From IMG/VR virus record IMGVR_UViG_3300048502_000077, positions 2,665 through 66,664 of that record: a DNA stretch of 64,000 bases; one strand, written 5' to 3'. This document shows positions 10,524 to 21,301 of the stretch, piece after piece. The first letter of the stretch is position 1; the number at the start of each line of letters is the position of its first letter. Both the position numbers and the translations under genes were made by a program. Source of the DNA: a virus. Its lineage: Duplodnaviria; Caudoviricetes. The notes under the pieces were generated by a model that worked only from the letters and a program-made list of their open reading frames with translations, was not told the DNA's origin and searched no databases.

Positions 10524-11117
10524 ATGCCGCGTATCGACAAAAAACTGAATCTCGTCATACCGATCTACACGGATGACGACACGCCGAAGATCAAGGCGTA
10601 TACCCATTCACAGCCGATCTCCGCTGAGATTTTCGAGATCTATCAGGAGCCTTTGGCGCTTGCATACTCAATGATCTTCGGTGGTGGCTATGCCGCCCTA
10701 TCCGGGCAGCGCATTGCCGCCACATTGCTGCGCAAGGCCGCCAAGCGCCTTGGCGTTCTGGACGGCGAAGATGGTGTCGAGAAGGGATTTTTCCGCGAAC
10801 TGCGCAGATTGACGAATGTGATCGTGGCGGGCGACAACGGCTGGCAATCCATGATGCTGTTCGATGCGGAAAAAGCCGGTGCGCTCGACAAGGAAGAATT
10901 GCAGGAGGTGGAAGCGGCCATCGTTTTTTTTATTGTCGTCTCGGCCATCATGCCGAAGTCAGAAAGGCGGGAGGCAGTGACCTATGCTGCTGGTCTGTGG
11001 GGTGCGCAAGTCACGTTATTGACCACTACGGAATTTTTGAATTCCTGCAAGACATCGACCGTGACCGACAGTTCTGGCGAGAGTCCGACATCGGAGGCGT
11101 CTTTGCCGAAGTCCTAG
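10524..11117 (+). CDS. Tail assembly chaperone
   Basis: Sits between tube and tape measure. Begins MPRIDKKLNLVIP and contains a VFF encoded by a T8 run (10924-10931). Confidence 0.7.
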   Translation: MPRIDKKLNLVIPIYTDDDTPKIKAYTHSQPISAEIFEIYQEPLALAYSMIFGGGYAALSGQRIAATLLRKAAKRLGVLDGEDGVEKGFFRELRRLTNVIVAGDNGWQSMMLFDAEKAGALDKEELQEVEAAIVFFIVVSAIMPKSERREAVTYAAGLWGAQVTLLTTTEFLNSCKTSTVTDSSGESPTSEASLPKS

Positions 11118-11242
11118 AATGGGCTTCGGGCGAAGGGTTCGCGCCAGTGATGCAACGATCAAAGGACTTCAAATGGCGTTCAGCGTTGGATTATCGGCAG
11201 CGGTATATGACGCAGGCGTTGACACTCAGAGGAGCGACATAA
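10924..11242 (+). CDS. -1 frameshift extension of the tail assembly chaperone (G-T-like product)
   Basis: The -1 frame is open from the T8 run at 10924 to TAA at 11240-11242 and contains VLEWASGEGF. Confidence 0.5.
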
Positions 11243-12977
11243 AATTCCGCTCAAGGCTGTATACGACATTGCCGTCAATGACGCTGCGTTTCAGCGCTTT
11301 GCGGCGTATTTCGACAAATACCAGAAGAAACTGAAAGAGACGCCTGCCGTATGGGCGAAGCTCTCAAAGATCAACGCGGAAACTGCCGAGATGATGGACC
11401 GCATGACAGCGGCATTGCTCGCGCAGAATCAACTCAAGAACGATGAGAATGACGCGCAGGAACGCAACAACAAGACATTGGCGAAGTCCGATTCGCTATG
11501 GCAATCAATCAAGCGCAGTTCCACATCGACACTGAGCAATGTCGCGGCGGTCACGAAGTCGATATTGAAGTGGGGAACGCTGGTTGGAACGGCTGCCGCA
11601 TTGGGCTCTGCCTTCGGCATTGACCGGCTGGCTCGAGGTACGTCAGACGTGCGCCGCGAGAGCATGGGGCTGGGCATGTCAACCGGCGCCATGCAATCCT
11701 TCAACACGAACTTCGGGCGCGTGATCGATACCAGTTCATTCCTGAACTGGGTCAACTCGATGGAAACCGACATCACGAAGCAAGCGCCTGCACAGGCGTT
11801 GTTGCATCGTGGTCTCACGGGCGACACGGGCGGAGATGCGGTTGCATTGTTGAAGCAGATCCGCGGCATGTCGAAATCGATGCCTGTGAATCAGTTGAGC
11901 ACGATGTTGAGTCAGGCGTATGGCGTCAACATGGCGCCCGATGAACTGCGACGCATTCAAAGCATGAGCGGAGGTGAGTTCAACGGCCTGATGCAAAGCT
12001 ATCAGCGCGACAAATCCGGGATGAATATTGACGACGCCACGGGGCGCAAGTGGCAGGATTTCTCAACGCAGATCGATAGGGCCAAGACCGAGATATTCAA
12101 GGTATTCGTGCAGGGTCTGGCGCCGCTAACCTCGCCGCTGACACGACTATCTCAGTCAATCGTACATCTGCTGCAGCACGTGCAGGCGAATGGCACGATG
12201 GAAAAGGCCATCGATAAAGTATCGGCATGGATCGACAATCTCGGCAAGGCGATCGACAAGCCAGACTTCATGACGAAAATTGATACCTTCATCGACGCGA
12301 TCAATACGCTTGCCGATGATGTCGTGATAGTCGCAGGCAAGGTGCATTCCGGATTGCAGACGATTGGCTGGGTTGCTAAAAATCCAGCGACCGCAGCCCA
12401 TGACGCATTTCTAGCAGCAACGGCGCCTGGCAATGGCGCTCTGGCGGCGCAGTGGGCGCTATCCAAGGGGATGCAACTCGGGAATTTCTTCACAAATTCC
12501 GTGGTCAAGCCAGCCGTACTGCAGCAGATGGCGGGGCTTCTGGATAAGTCAGGAGGGCTGCCGGCGGGGCTCTTGGAGTATCAGAAGCAGCGAGAGTCCG
12601 GTAGCGCGTGGTATGGCGTACCGAACAGCAGCGCAGGCGCTGTCGGCCCCATGCAGATGATGCCGGACACGTCATCGGCGCTGGGTATCAACCCCAATGA
12701 TCCAGCGCAGGCGCTTAAGGGCGCGCAGATGCTCGACATGCACGCGCTGGAGCGATTTCATGGGGATGTCAAAGCCGTGCTCGCCTCATACAATATTCGC
12801 GGCGGCGAAGGCGCGGTCGATGCGCTGATCAAGAAATATGGCAAGAAGGATTACTTTAGCCATCTGCCGAAGGAGACGCAGAGTTATGTGTCGGGCTGGA
12901 AAGGTCCAGTGCAGATCAACATAGTCAACGCCACCGGCGGTAACGCCGTAGCGTCCGTGTCAGGACTTGCGCACTGA
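11239..12977 (+). CDS. Tape measure protein with a C-terminal lytic transglycosylase (SLT) domain
   Basis: In-frame KIPLKAVYDIAVNDAAF.RF..YF.KY from 11241 after a GGAG RBS; the start codon was probably lost by a 1-nt deletion. SLT motifs: QRESG, SSAGAVGPMQMMPDT, ASYN.....G, LPKETQSYV. Confidence 0.85.
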
Positions 12978-13720
12978 TGCCCACCTCCGGCTACATTCAG
13001 TGGAAGTTTCAGAACCAGATATCGCCAATCATTCTGACGGGCGGCATTGCCGAGAGTCAGGGCGGCGCGCTGCCTATTGTGACGCTGATTCAAGGATCGA
13101 CGGATTCTCCCAACACCGATTCACTGAATGCAGACGGAACTACCAATGAGGGCGGCGATCCAGCCATCGACGGATATTTCGCCAATTTCACCGTGGCTCC
13201 GGGCGGCAAACTCTTAAGCTATCTCGCTGGCCAGTACACGTTTGCGAATCAGCAGGTAGCGGCTAACGCCGTGATTCAGCAGCCCACGAATGTGTCGTTC
13301 ATCATGAAGGTCCCGGCGACCGCTGATTACGGATATTCGTACAAACAATCCACTCTGATCGCGCTCGCATCATCGTTGCAGCAGCATATCAATCTCGGCG
13401 GTACGTTTACGGCCATCACGCCCATGAACATTTTCACGTACGGGTTGCTGCTCGATTTGTACGATGTGGGTAGCAGCGAGACCAATCCTCAGAATGAACT
13501 CCGCTGGGACTTCTACTTCCCGCTAATCTCAGTCGCCGCCGCAAACACTGCCATGAATGGCCTGATGCAGAAACTGTCCAACGGTTCGACGATATCAGGC
13601 ACGCCTACGTGGACGCCGCCAGGACTGCCAGTCAATAACCCGAATTCATTGCTCGGCACCAGCGTGACGCCGCAGACTCAGTTGGGTGGCTCGGGCGTTC
13701 CGTCGCAGGATCTGCAATGA
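12977..13720 (+). CDS. Baseplate/tail-tube initiator-type protein (Bcep781-like)
   Basis: QISPIILTGGIA...GG.LPIV; YFANF...PGG.L......Y.FANQ.VAANA.I.QP. Confidence 0.6.
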   Translation: MPTSGYIQWKFQNQISPIILTGGIAESQGGALPIVTLIQGSTDSPNTDSLNADGTTNEGGDPAIDGYFANFTVAPGGKLLSYLAGQYTFANQQVAANAVIQQPTNVSFIMKVPATADYGYSYKQSTLIALASSLQQHINLGGTFTAITPMNIFTYGLLLDLYDVGSSETNPQNELRWDFYFPLISVAAANTAMNGLMQKLSNGSTISGTPTWTPPGLPVNNPNSLLGTSVTPQTQLGGSGVPSQDLQ

Positions 13721-14214
13721 CGATTCAGTCCGTCAACTTCATCCCCTCAACGATATCGTCGTTTCAGTTTCAACCGACGATTGGTGGCGTGCAGTACAAC
13801 GCCAATGTGACGTGGAATGTATTCGGGCAGCGGTACTACATCACGATCACGGACTTGCAGAATAATCTGATCATCTGCCGATCAGTGGTGTCGAGCGGTC
13901 CTCAGTTGCTGGCAAACTTTGAATGGCTTGATAACGTCGCGTATGTGAGTACTCAGGTACCGCACAACATTCCGGTGGGATCGCTGGCCAATGTCGTCAT
14001 GACCGGAACCGATAGCGGATTTGACGGACCAGTGCAGGTGCTGTCCACTGGCGCGAGTACAGTCACTTATCCGCTGACGACCAATCCGCAGCAGACGGAC
14101 AATGTTGCAGGAGCAATGAGTTTTGTGGTCAATTTGGTGGAGGGAACCGGTCTAGGGTGGCTCACCTATTGGTGGAGTTTGCAGCAGTTCCAGTTTGAGG
14201 TGCCTTCGACGTGA
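13717..14214 (+). CDS. Baseplate plug-type protein with an FCCH-like insertion
   Basis: FQFQPTIGG.QY...V.WN.FGQRYY.I. The central insert is STQVPHNIPVG...V.MTG...GFDG..QV..TG.ST.TYPL. Confidence 0.55.
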   Translation: MTIQSVNFIPSTISSFQFQPTIGGVQYNANVTWNVFGQRYYITITDLQNNLIICRSVVSSGPQLLANFEWLDNVAYVSTQVPHNIPVGSLANVVMTGTDSGFDGPVQVLSTGASTVTYPLTTNPQQTDNVAGAMSFVVNLVEGTGLGWLTYWWSLQQFQFEVPST

Positions 14215-14418
14215 GGATAACAGTATGCGTGGTATGAATTTCGAGAGATCTATGATTATGTTCTGGCCTGGACATCGACCGCATTTATGGAAGCGCAGCG
14301 GCAGATGGTTATGCGGATTAAGAGATAGATCTCACACGAATGTATCTGGCGAAACACCGAGACGAGCATATTTATCTTGGTGTCATCGATACAAAGTACC
14401 GCTGCCTTAAGTCGAGAT

Positions 14419-14613
14419 TCAGACTAATGAATTCGATACCCGAGTCGATCTATAGGCTTCATAAATTAGGCGCCAGGCAGTCATGCCTATTGCGGAGAAT
14501 ACCCATCCAATCGCGAATGCTCCGTCTAAATCCGGACGGGTATACCCAAAAATCAAACGTCCAGCAGCAAACGAAGCACCAAGGGATGCCAATTGGAGCA
14601 ACAATCTGTTCAT
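14419..14613 (-). CDS. Small two-TM membrane protein in an AT-richer insert, antisense to the tail operon
   Basis: MNRLLLQLASLGASFAAGRLIFG...AFAIGWVFSAIGMTAWRLIY. The coding frame in 14215-14750 is ambiguous. Confidence 0.35.
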   Translation of the reverse strand: MNRLLLQLASLGASFAAGRLIFGYTRPDLDGAFAIGWVFSAIGMTAWRLIYEAYRSTRVSNSLV

Positions 14614-14749
14614 TTACTATTCCTGTGGCTGGGCAAGATTTGATCGTAAGAATATATCCTCAATGGCATATTCGGATAGGCGACAAAGTACCATTTATTG
14701 TGCCCCAGTTTGTCCCCTATGCAATGAACGCTATTTATGGTAATGCGCA

Positions 14750-15785
14750 ATGCGCCGCTATTCATTAGTAATTTCAACGCCGGCCGGTCAGGTGTTCAAA
14801 CCGACCACCAGCGGCACGCTTGTGCCTAATGGCACGACCGGCGACACCTTCGGCAGCCAGATCAATGGCGTGAATAATCCGGGTGCTCTAGACATTGAAA
14901 TCGACATGCCGATTTATCAGTATCACACGCCACAAGGCGGCTCTGTAATCACGGTTTGGGGCGTTGGATTGCCAATGATCGGTCAGGCGACGGATCTCAA
15001 CGGCATGCAGTTTCAGCTTTCTGCCGGCATGGCGAAAGGTCTACCTCTAGCGAATCCGTTGCAATATGGTCTCATCGCGCAAGGAACAATCTATCAAGCA
15101 TTCGGAAATTGGGAGGATACGAATCAGACTCTGAACTTGATCGTAAATCCCACTATTGATCTTGAGAACGATGGCGGCATGGCATTTGACTGGGAACCTG
15201 GCTCGTCGCTATCGGCGGCACTCGCAACATCATTCCGTGGTGCATTTCCTACCTATACTACGAACATAAATATTTCATCTTCGCTTCAAGCCCCAAATGG
15301 GGCGCCACAGGGCGGCGGCTATACATCACTATCAGCTTTTGCCCAGCATTTGAATGAGATTACCCAGACTGCCGGCCAATCGGCGTTAGGAGATGACTAC
15401 CCAGGAGTATCCATAGCTATAGTAGGAAAGACGATCAACGTATTTTCGATGGTACGGTCGCATCAACGAAAGCCCATCACGCAATTAGCGTTCTCAGATC
15501 TCATCGGGCAGCCGACGTGGATAGGGGCTGCGCAGATCACTGTAAAGTGTGTCATGCGATACGATTTGCAAGTTGGAGATCAATTCAAGTTTCCGACCGG
15601 AGTCGCGACGCCTTACGCGCTGACCACTACGCAGACGCTGCATACCCTAATGCGTACCCGCGCGCAGCAAAACGATCTTTCAAGGCGCATTCCAGATCAC
15701 TGAAGCGCACTTCTATGGAAGATTCCGTCAATCCGACGGTCAGTCGTGGAACACGACATATGTTGCGATACCGCTGGGTAACTGA
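14750..15785 (+). CDS. Baseplate hub (gp44/gpD-like), apparent sequencing frameshift near 15630-15670
   Basis: MRRYSLVI; NPGALDIE.D.P......P; WG..L.....A..L.G......AGM.KGLPLANP.Q.G.I..G.I.QAFGNW. The C-terminus SKTIFQGAFQITEAHFYGRFRQSDGQSWNT is in a shifted frame ending at TGA 15783-15785. Confidence 0.7.
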
Positions 15786-16455
15786 TGTCAATCGCGCAAA
15801 AAACCCCTATCGCGCGTACGCTGCCGCAGTTCGTCGAACGGCAGGATCAACTCTGCGCTGGATAAATTGGGTACTGGACTGCCAGGGCGAGTGGTGTCAG
15901 TAGGCAATTCACTAGTCACCATCGCGTTCAATATTAAGGGGCTTAATCTGCCACAGGTGCGGATGCCGTGGGCATCATCTGAGTACACGCGACTGCCTAT
16001 ACAGTCCGGCGATCTCGGCATCGCCGTGCCAGTGAGTAAATACTACATTGGCGGCGTATCTGGGCTTGGCACCGGCACCGGAGGCGACCACGCAGCAGGG
16101 CAATCTGTCATCACTGGTGTGGAAACCGACGACTAATAAAAACTGGTCTGGTGTAGACGCCAACGCGCTGACGCTCTACGGACCGAATGGCGTCGTCCTT
16201 CGCGATAGCGCGAGCAAGAGCGTGGACACCATCACGCCGACCAATCGCACCACCAATGTCACGGATGGCAATTGGACGGTTGACGTATCAGACGGAAATA
16301 TGTCGATCACCGCAAGCGGTACGTTGACGCTGCAAGTCGGCAGTCATGCGATCATCATCAACAGCAGCGGCATTTCTATAGATGGCGTGCCGTTCTTGCC
16401 GCATACGCACACGGGCGGCACGATCTCGGGCGACACCGGACCGGTGATACCGTAA
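15785..16455 (+). CDS. Baseplate central spike (gp45/gpV-like), apparent frameshift near 15843
   Basis: MSIAQKTPIARTLPQF.. shifts into INSALDKLGTGLPGRVVSV; YTRLPIQ.GD.G; tip motif PFLPHTHTGG (HxH). Confidence 0.75.
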
Positions 16456-16874
16456 TGCGAACGTATGCTCGTATACCCACGACGATCAGTCCAGGAGTTA
16501 AAAAGCTCGTCTGGTATACGATCACGACTGACGCCAATGGTTTTAATGATGGAGTTTATTTTGCGACCCTTTGTCAGAATCTTCTGCTAAATCTGCTTGA
16601 GTCACCTTTCTACGGTCAAAATGGCATCCCCGCTCAACAGTCAGTCATCCAACAAGTCGCTCCCGATCTCTATGTGCAGCTGATCCAAAAACAGTTCGCT
16701 CCCTACTTCGTATCGCTGACGATCACCAAGGTTCAGAACACGTTCAACCCAACGTACAACGTCCGCGTCGTCACACACACCGGCGCCGTCATCGGTGCCA
16801 CGGTGCAGAAAGTCATCGCCACTCAGATGGGTGAGATTGTCTATACTCAGGGCGGTCAGCCCATAGCGGTGTAG
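16455..16874 (+). CDS. Baseplate wedge subunit (gp25/gpW-like, Bcep781 type) with a C-terminal TQxG peptide
   Basis: MRTYARI; W..ITTD.NG.ND.VY..TL.Q.L.LNL.ESPFY...GIPAQQSVI.Q..PD.YV. Ends IATQMGEIVYTQGGQPIAV. Confidence 0.7.
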   Translation: MRTYARIPTTISPGVKKLVWYTITTDANGFNDGVYFATLCQNLLLNLLESPFYGQNGIPAQQSVIQQVAPDLYVQLIQKQFAPYFVSLTITKVQNTFNPTYNVRVVTHTGAVIGATVQKVIATQMGEIVYTQGGQPIAV

Positions 16875-16882
16875 TTGTGTCA

Positions 16883-17593
16883 ATGCTCAGATATGTCATA
16901 GCTTTGGTGGCGATGCTGCCCGCTTGGGCATCGGCGCAGTCCGCCTTGCAGCCGGTCACCATTCCTTCGCTGACGGCCGCCAACCCGCTTGTGGGCTCCG
17001 AGCTCATGCTGGGGGTGCAGCGCTGCTCGCCCGGCCCCTGGTGCTCGGTGAGCATTTCAGCGCAGCAGTTGACGACCTATGCGCTTGGCAACATCGCTGG
17101 CACCGGCAACGTGGTCATCACACCGACTGTCGATGGCATCAGCATTTCCACCACGTCCGGCGGCGGCAACGTCAGCGCGGTCGGGACGCCGACCTATGGG
17201 CAGTTGGCGCAGTGGACGGGGCCGACTTCAATTGAAGGCGTGAATTTCGAGACCACTGGAACCGGAACGTTAACTTATACGTCCGGCTGCGCATCAGGAT
17301 CAATTGCCCCAACCTTCAAGTATGTGATTGATGGCCAGACAGCGACGATCACAATGACATCGGCAGCGACGTGTGTGTTGACAGGCGTGAGTTTCGTACT
17401 AGGCGGGCTGCCTAGCGCGTTGCAGCCTGTGACAACGCGATACGTCTCCATGATAGGACAAGAAAACTCTGCGATATTCCCGGGATTTTGCTCTGTGACG
17501 AATTCCGCCGTGGTCACGTGCGGTTTCTTTGGCATGTCTAGCGCAGCATCCGGTTTTTTGATCGGTTCCACTCTTAGCTATACGGTCAATTAA
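16883..17593 (+). CDS. Signal-peptide fibre-like protein
   Basis: MLRYVIALVAMLPAWASA/QS; fibre N-terminal motif VTIPSLTAANPLVGSELMLGVQ; VSAVGTPTYGQLAQWTGPTSIEG. Confidence 0.6.
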   Translation: MLRYVIALVAMLPAWASAQSALQPVTIPSLTAANPLVGSELMLGVQRCSPGPWCSVSISAQQLTTYALGNIAGTGNVVITPTVDGISISTTSGGGNVSAVGTPTYGQLAQWTGPTSIEGVNFETTGTGTLTYTSGCASGSIAPTFKYVIDGQTATITMTSAATCVLTGVSFVLGGLPSALQPVTTRYVSMIGQENSAIFPGFCSVTNSAVVTCGFFGMSSAASGFLIGSTLSYTVN

Positions 17594-17595
17594 AT

Positions 17596-19395
17596 ATGGT
17601 GACTGTCGCTCAATTTGTTCAGCAGCCGGCGACTCAGGACTTTTACCCGGTTGCAAACAATACCTACAATCTTGGAAACGCCAGCGAGGCATGGGCGCAG
17701 TTATATCTTGGAGTGAACAAGGCGCTGGCCTTGGACCCTTCTGGTGGAAATATTGCCAACTACGTTCGCTCTGCAATAGAAACTGCGGCCAGTGCGACCA
17801 TTGCCCAACAGTCCACTCCAAGCAGCATTGCTATTGGCGACATCATCGTCGATCGATATCTTATCAATGTGACGCCTGGCACAACGGACATGACGGCGGG
17901 AATCACTGCCGCCATAGCAGTGGCAGCCGAAGCTGGCGGCGGCGTCGTGCGATTCTTGGCGAGCACTTACAAGTTTTCCGGCCAGATCAATGTACCGTCG
18001 AACGTGATCCTGCGTGGCATGGGCATGTATCAGACCGTGCTCAATTGGGTTGCATCGAACACGAATGCAATATATGCCGGCGCCGTTAGCGGATTTGGCA
18101 TTGAGGATCTGACTCTTAATGGACCGGGGATACTGTCTTCGACCTATTGCAACGGTATCTACATGGATACCGGATCATCCAATGGATCTGTTACCCGATG
18201 TTTTATCACGGGCTTCCCGCAGATGCCTCCGTTCACTCCATCAACCCGTGGCTACGGCGTCACGCTGGAAGGGACGAACCTGACTTTGTCGCATAGTCGC
18301 ATTGAGGATTCCACCTATTGCGTAGTTCTGGGCGGCTATGGCAACAACGTCATCTACAACTACATCAACCAGCACTACAGCACCAAGGGTGTGATCCCGT
18401 GGGGCACCGGATCAACTAGTCAGTTCTGGGGTGGCATCGATGTCGGCGCCTTCTATTTCCTAATTCATGGCAACTACATTACGGATTGCGGAGCGGGAAA
18501 TATTTATGTCGGCGGCAACGGCGGTATAAGCCAGAATGGGAGAATTACCTGCAACTTCTCTAGTTATTCATGGGATCGGTGTCTCGATAATGGAGTAGTG
18601 GGAACTGTCAGTTCTGGTGATAACGTCATCGGCATCACCATTGCTAACAATGTTCTATACAACGGCAGAAATAATAATCTCTGGCTCGCCGGTACATCTG
18701 ATTCTGCAGCCACCGGAAATATCTGTATTTATGATGCGGCATACGACACTTGGGCAGGGGGTGCGTTCGTTACGTACCCCGGCACGCGGATAAGCATCGG
18801 GCTATATGATGGCGGCGCTGGTGCTCCTCTCAAGAACTTGGCTCTGGTTGGTAATACCAGTATCGATACGGTAAATCCCGGAATCAGCTTCTCGTACGGC
18901 ACCAATCCACCTACCAATTGTGTCATTTCTGGAAATGTCACTCAGAGCGGGTACTACATCTATCCAGGCGCGCATATCGCCAATTCTATTGATGCCGAAG
19001 TAGTCGTTCCGCTGACCGGGGGTCTCGCTCCTGTAGCAACCGGCTGGACTGGGCAAAGTATCGCGTCACAGACATCAAGCGTCACTTTTGTGGGGCGATC
19101 CGCCTACTGGTCGATTGCATTGACATTGGGCACTGCGTCATCTCCGAGCGGAGACTTTTTGTTGACGCTGCCCTATATCGCATCAATGAATCTAGTCTAT
19201 GAAAGTTTCAATGTGAATATTATCAGTGGATGGAATACGACACTGGCGTCCGATTATCTCACTGCGTATGTCAGCAACCCTTCTGCTGGTGAGGTTGTAG
19301 TCGGTCGAATTCACCAAGGGACACTGGTAGCAGATGCGGTTGGGTTCACTGCTACCGGTAGCACCATCACCATAAAAGGGCAGACAAACTTCTGA
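17596..19395 (+). CDS. Tailspike with a right-handed beta-helix (pectate-lyase-3-like) depolymerase domain
   Basis: PGTTDMTAGITAAIAVA...GGGVVRF.A.TYKF...I.VPSNV.LRG.G; many Asn-ladder repeats (ITIANNVLYNG, ISGNVT). No signal peptide. Confidence 0.75.
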   Translation: MVTVAQFVQQPATQDFYPVANNTYNLGNASEAWAQLYLGVNKALALDPSGGNIANYVRSAIETAASATIAQQSTPSSIAIGDIIVDRYLINVTPGTTDMTAGITAAIAVAAEAGGGVVRFLASTYKFSGQINVPSNVILRGMGMYQTVLNWVASNTNAIYAGAVSGFGIEDLTLNGPGILSSTYCNGIYMDTGSSNGSVTRCFITGFPQMPPFTPSTRGYGVTLEGTNLTLSHSRIEDSTYCVVLGGYGNNVIYNYINQHYSTKGVIPWGTGSTSQFWGGIDVGAFYFLIHGNYITDCGAGNIYVGGNGGISQNGRITCNFSSYSWDRCLDNGVVGTVSSGDNVIGITIANNVLYNGRNNNLWLAGTSDSAATGNICIYDAAYDTWAGGAFVTYPGTRISIGLYDGGAGAPLKNLALVGNTSIDTVNPGISFSYGTNPPTNCVISGNVTQSGYYIYPGAHIANSIDAEVVVPLTGGLAPVATGWTGQSIASQTSSVTFVGRSAYWSIALTLGTASSPSGDFLLTLPYIASMNLVYESFNVNIISGWNTTLASDYLTAYVSNPSAGEVVVGRIHQGTLVADAVGFTATGSTITIKGQTNF

Positions 19396-20624
19396 TGTCA
19401 GTCGGCTCCTTCAACTTCCCCATCGTCATCACGGCATCGGGCCTGCAGCCGCAGTCGCCTGCGTCCATCCAATCGCAGTTGATAGCGAACGTCGCTGCCA
19501 CCAATCCCGGCTACACCGCGAATCTGCCGGCCTCGATGATCGAGGATATTTCGAGTACCGATGTCGCGGCCATTGCGATGGTCGATCAGTCGAAGGTCGA
19601 GGCAGTTAACTGCCTGACGCCGTATGGCTGCAACGTATTCGTACTCGGTCAACAGGGCCAGATTTATATCGGCCAGTCGCAGCCAGGATTGCCGACGAAT
19701 ACATCAGTCACTGTCGTGTTCTCCGGCACAGTCGGCTACGTCATTGCGAACGGCTTTCTCGTCGGCGACGGCACGAACACCTATCAGTGTCAGAGCGGCG
19801 GCGTCATCGGCACGGATGGCAGTTCTCTGCCGATCTTGGCGCTCGCGATCCAGCCGGGCGCATTCGGCGTTGGCGCGACCACGGTGACAGTGCTGGTCAC
19901 CTCCGTGCCAGGCAGCATCACACTGACGGTCACCAATCCGGCGCCTGGCACGCCCGCCCTCGCAGCCGAACAACCCTACGCCTACCGCGCCCGAATCCTT
20001 CAGGCTGGCCTCGCATCTTCGGTGGGCACACCGCGGTACATCAAGACACAGCTCGCCGCGTTACAACCCAACGCGGGCAACCTTGTATCGGTCCAGCAGG
20101 CAAGCGGCGGCGGCACGCGCGTGGTAGTCGGGCTCGGCGCAGATCCGTATCAGATTGCCTACGCGATCTCAATATCGGTGGCAGATGTATCGGATCTGGT
20201 CGGCACGGCCGGCGGTGGCGCTGGCGGCACGAGCGTCACGGTGGGACTGTACGACTATCCCGACAATTACTCGGTGGTGTATGTGCAGGCTGCCGTACAA
20301 ACAGTCACGATGGCGATTGTCTGGAATACGACTTTGTCAGGGTTCGGTGGCGGCGGCGCATTTCAAGGACTCGTGCAGGAGCCGCTCGCTGCCTATATCA
20401 ATAGCCTCGCGGTCGGTCAGGTCATCAATGTCCTTGAGATGAACGAGATATTTCAAGAGGCTGTTGCCGGCGTGCTCGATCCGTCGTTGTTGACGCGACT
20501 GGTTTTCACGGTGGAAATCAACAGTAGCGTTGTCGCGCCAGGGTCGGGCACATATGCGATCACGGGCGACACCGAAGGTTACTTCACATGCGTGGCCACC
20601 GGCATCACAGTGACGCAGGGCTGA
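19395..20624 (+). CDS. Baseplate J-like protein
   Basis: G.QPQSP..I..QLIA.VAATNPGYTANLP.SMIEDISSTD; FSGTVGYVI..GF.VGDG...Y; YR.RILQAG. Confidence 0.85.
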   Translation: MSVGSFNFPIVITASGLQPQSPASIQSQLIANVAATNPGYTANLPASMIEDISSTDVAAIAMVDQSKVEAVNCLTPYGCNVFVLGQQGQIYIGQSQPGLPTNTSVTVVFSGTVGYVIANGFLVGDGTNTYQCQSGGVIGTDGSSLPILALAIQPGAFGVGATTVTVLVTSVPGSITLTVTNPAPGTPALAAEQPYAYRARILQAGLASSVGTPRYIKTQLAALQPNAGNLVSVQQASGGGTRVVVGLGADPYQIAYAISISVADVSDLVGTAGGGAGGTSVTVGLYDYPDNYSVVYVQAAVQTVTMAIVWNTTLSGFGGGGAFQGLVQEPLAAYINSLAVGQVINVLEMNEIFQEAVAGVLDPSLLTRLVFTVEINSSVVAPGSGTYAITGDTEGYFTCVATGITVTQG

Positions 20625-20625
20625 C

Positions 20626-21291
20626 ATGCTCGACACCACCATACCTTCATATCTCTATCAGCAGTACGCCGACGACGCCGACTGCCAAGCGTTCGTTGAT
20701 CAGTACAACGCGGCGACACAGAACTACGTCGATTGGTTCTACAACACAGGCGTGTCGCTGGCGTACTATCCGGCTCTCTCCGGAGACTTGCTCGATTGGT
20801 GCGCGTGGGGACTGTACGGCATGCAGCGCACGTCGCTGGAGACGGTGCCGCCGTCCGCATTGGGGCCGCTCAATACGCAGCCTCTGAATACGGTTCCGCT
20901 GAACTCGTACACGCCATTCACCGGGACATATTACAGTCTCACCGATGATCAGTTCCAACGCATCATCACGTGGAATTTCTTCAAGGGCGACGGCAAACGG
21001 TTCTGCATGCGCTGGCTCAAGCGCCGGATCATGCGTTTCCTCGTCGGGACCAATGGCCTTGATCCGGAGCCATGGAATTCCGGATTCGTCGTTGGCGCGG
21101 AGAACACTTCGGCCATCAGCGTTGTGGTGACCGGCTCCGGCGTCAAGACTCTGACCGTGGCCATCAACCAAGCTCAGTTGTCATCGGTGGTCGCAGTGGC
21201 GCCAGGAATCTTAACGATATTCCAGCTCGCATTCTTGAACGGAGTTCTTGATTTGCCAGTGCAATATCAGTACGCGTGTGTGATCGATTAA
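20626..21291 (+). CDS. Baseplate wedge protein (gpI/DUF2612-like)
   Basis: IPSYLYQQYADD.D.QAF.D.YN; GDLLDW...GLYG; DD.F.RI.TWNFFKGDGK.F...WLKRRI.RFL. Confidence 0.8.
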   Translation: MLDTTIPSYLYQQYADDADCQAFVDQYNAATQNYVDWFYNTGVSLAYYPALSGDLLDWCAWGLYGMQRTSLETVPPSALGPLNTQPLNTVPLNSYTPFTGTYYSLTDDQFQRIITWNFFKGDGKRFCMRWLKRRIMRFLVGTNGLDPEPWNSGFVVGAENTSAISVVVTGSGVKTLTVAINQAQLSSVVAVAPGILTIFQLAFLNGVLDLPVQYQYACVID

Positions 21292-21301
21292 GGGTTTATA
21301 A

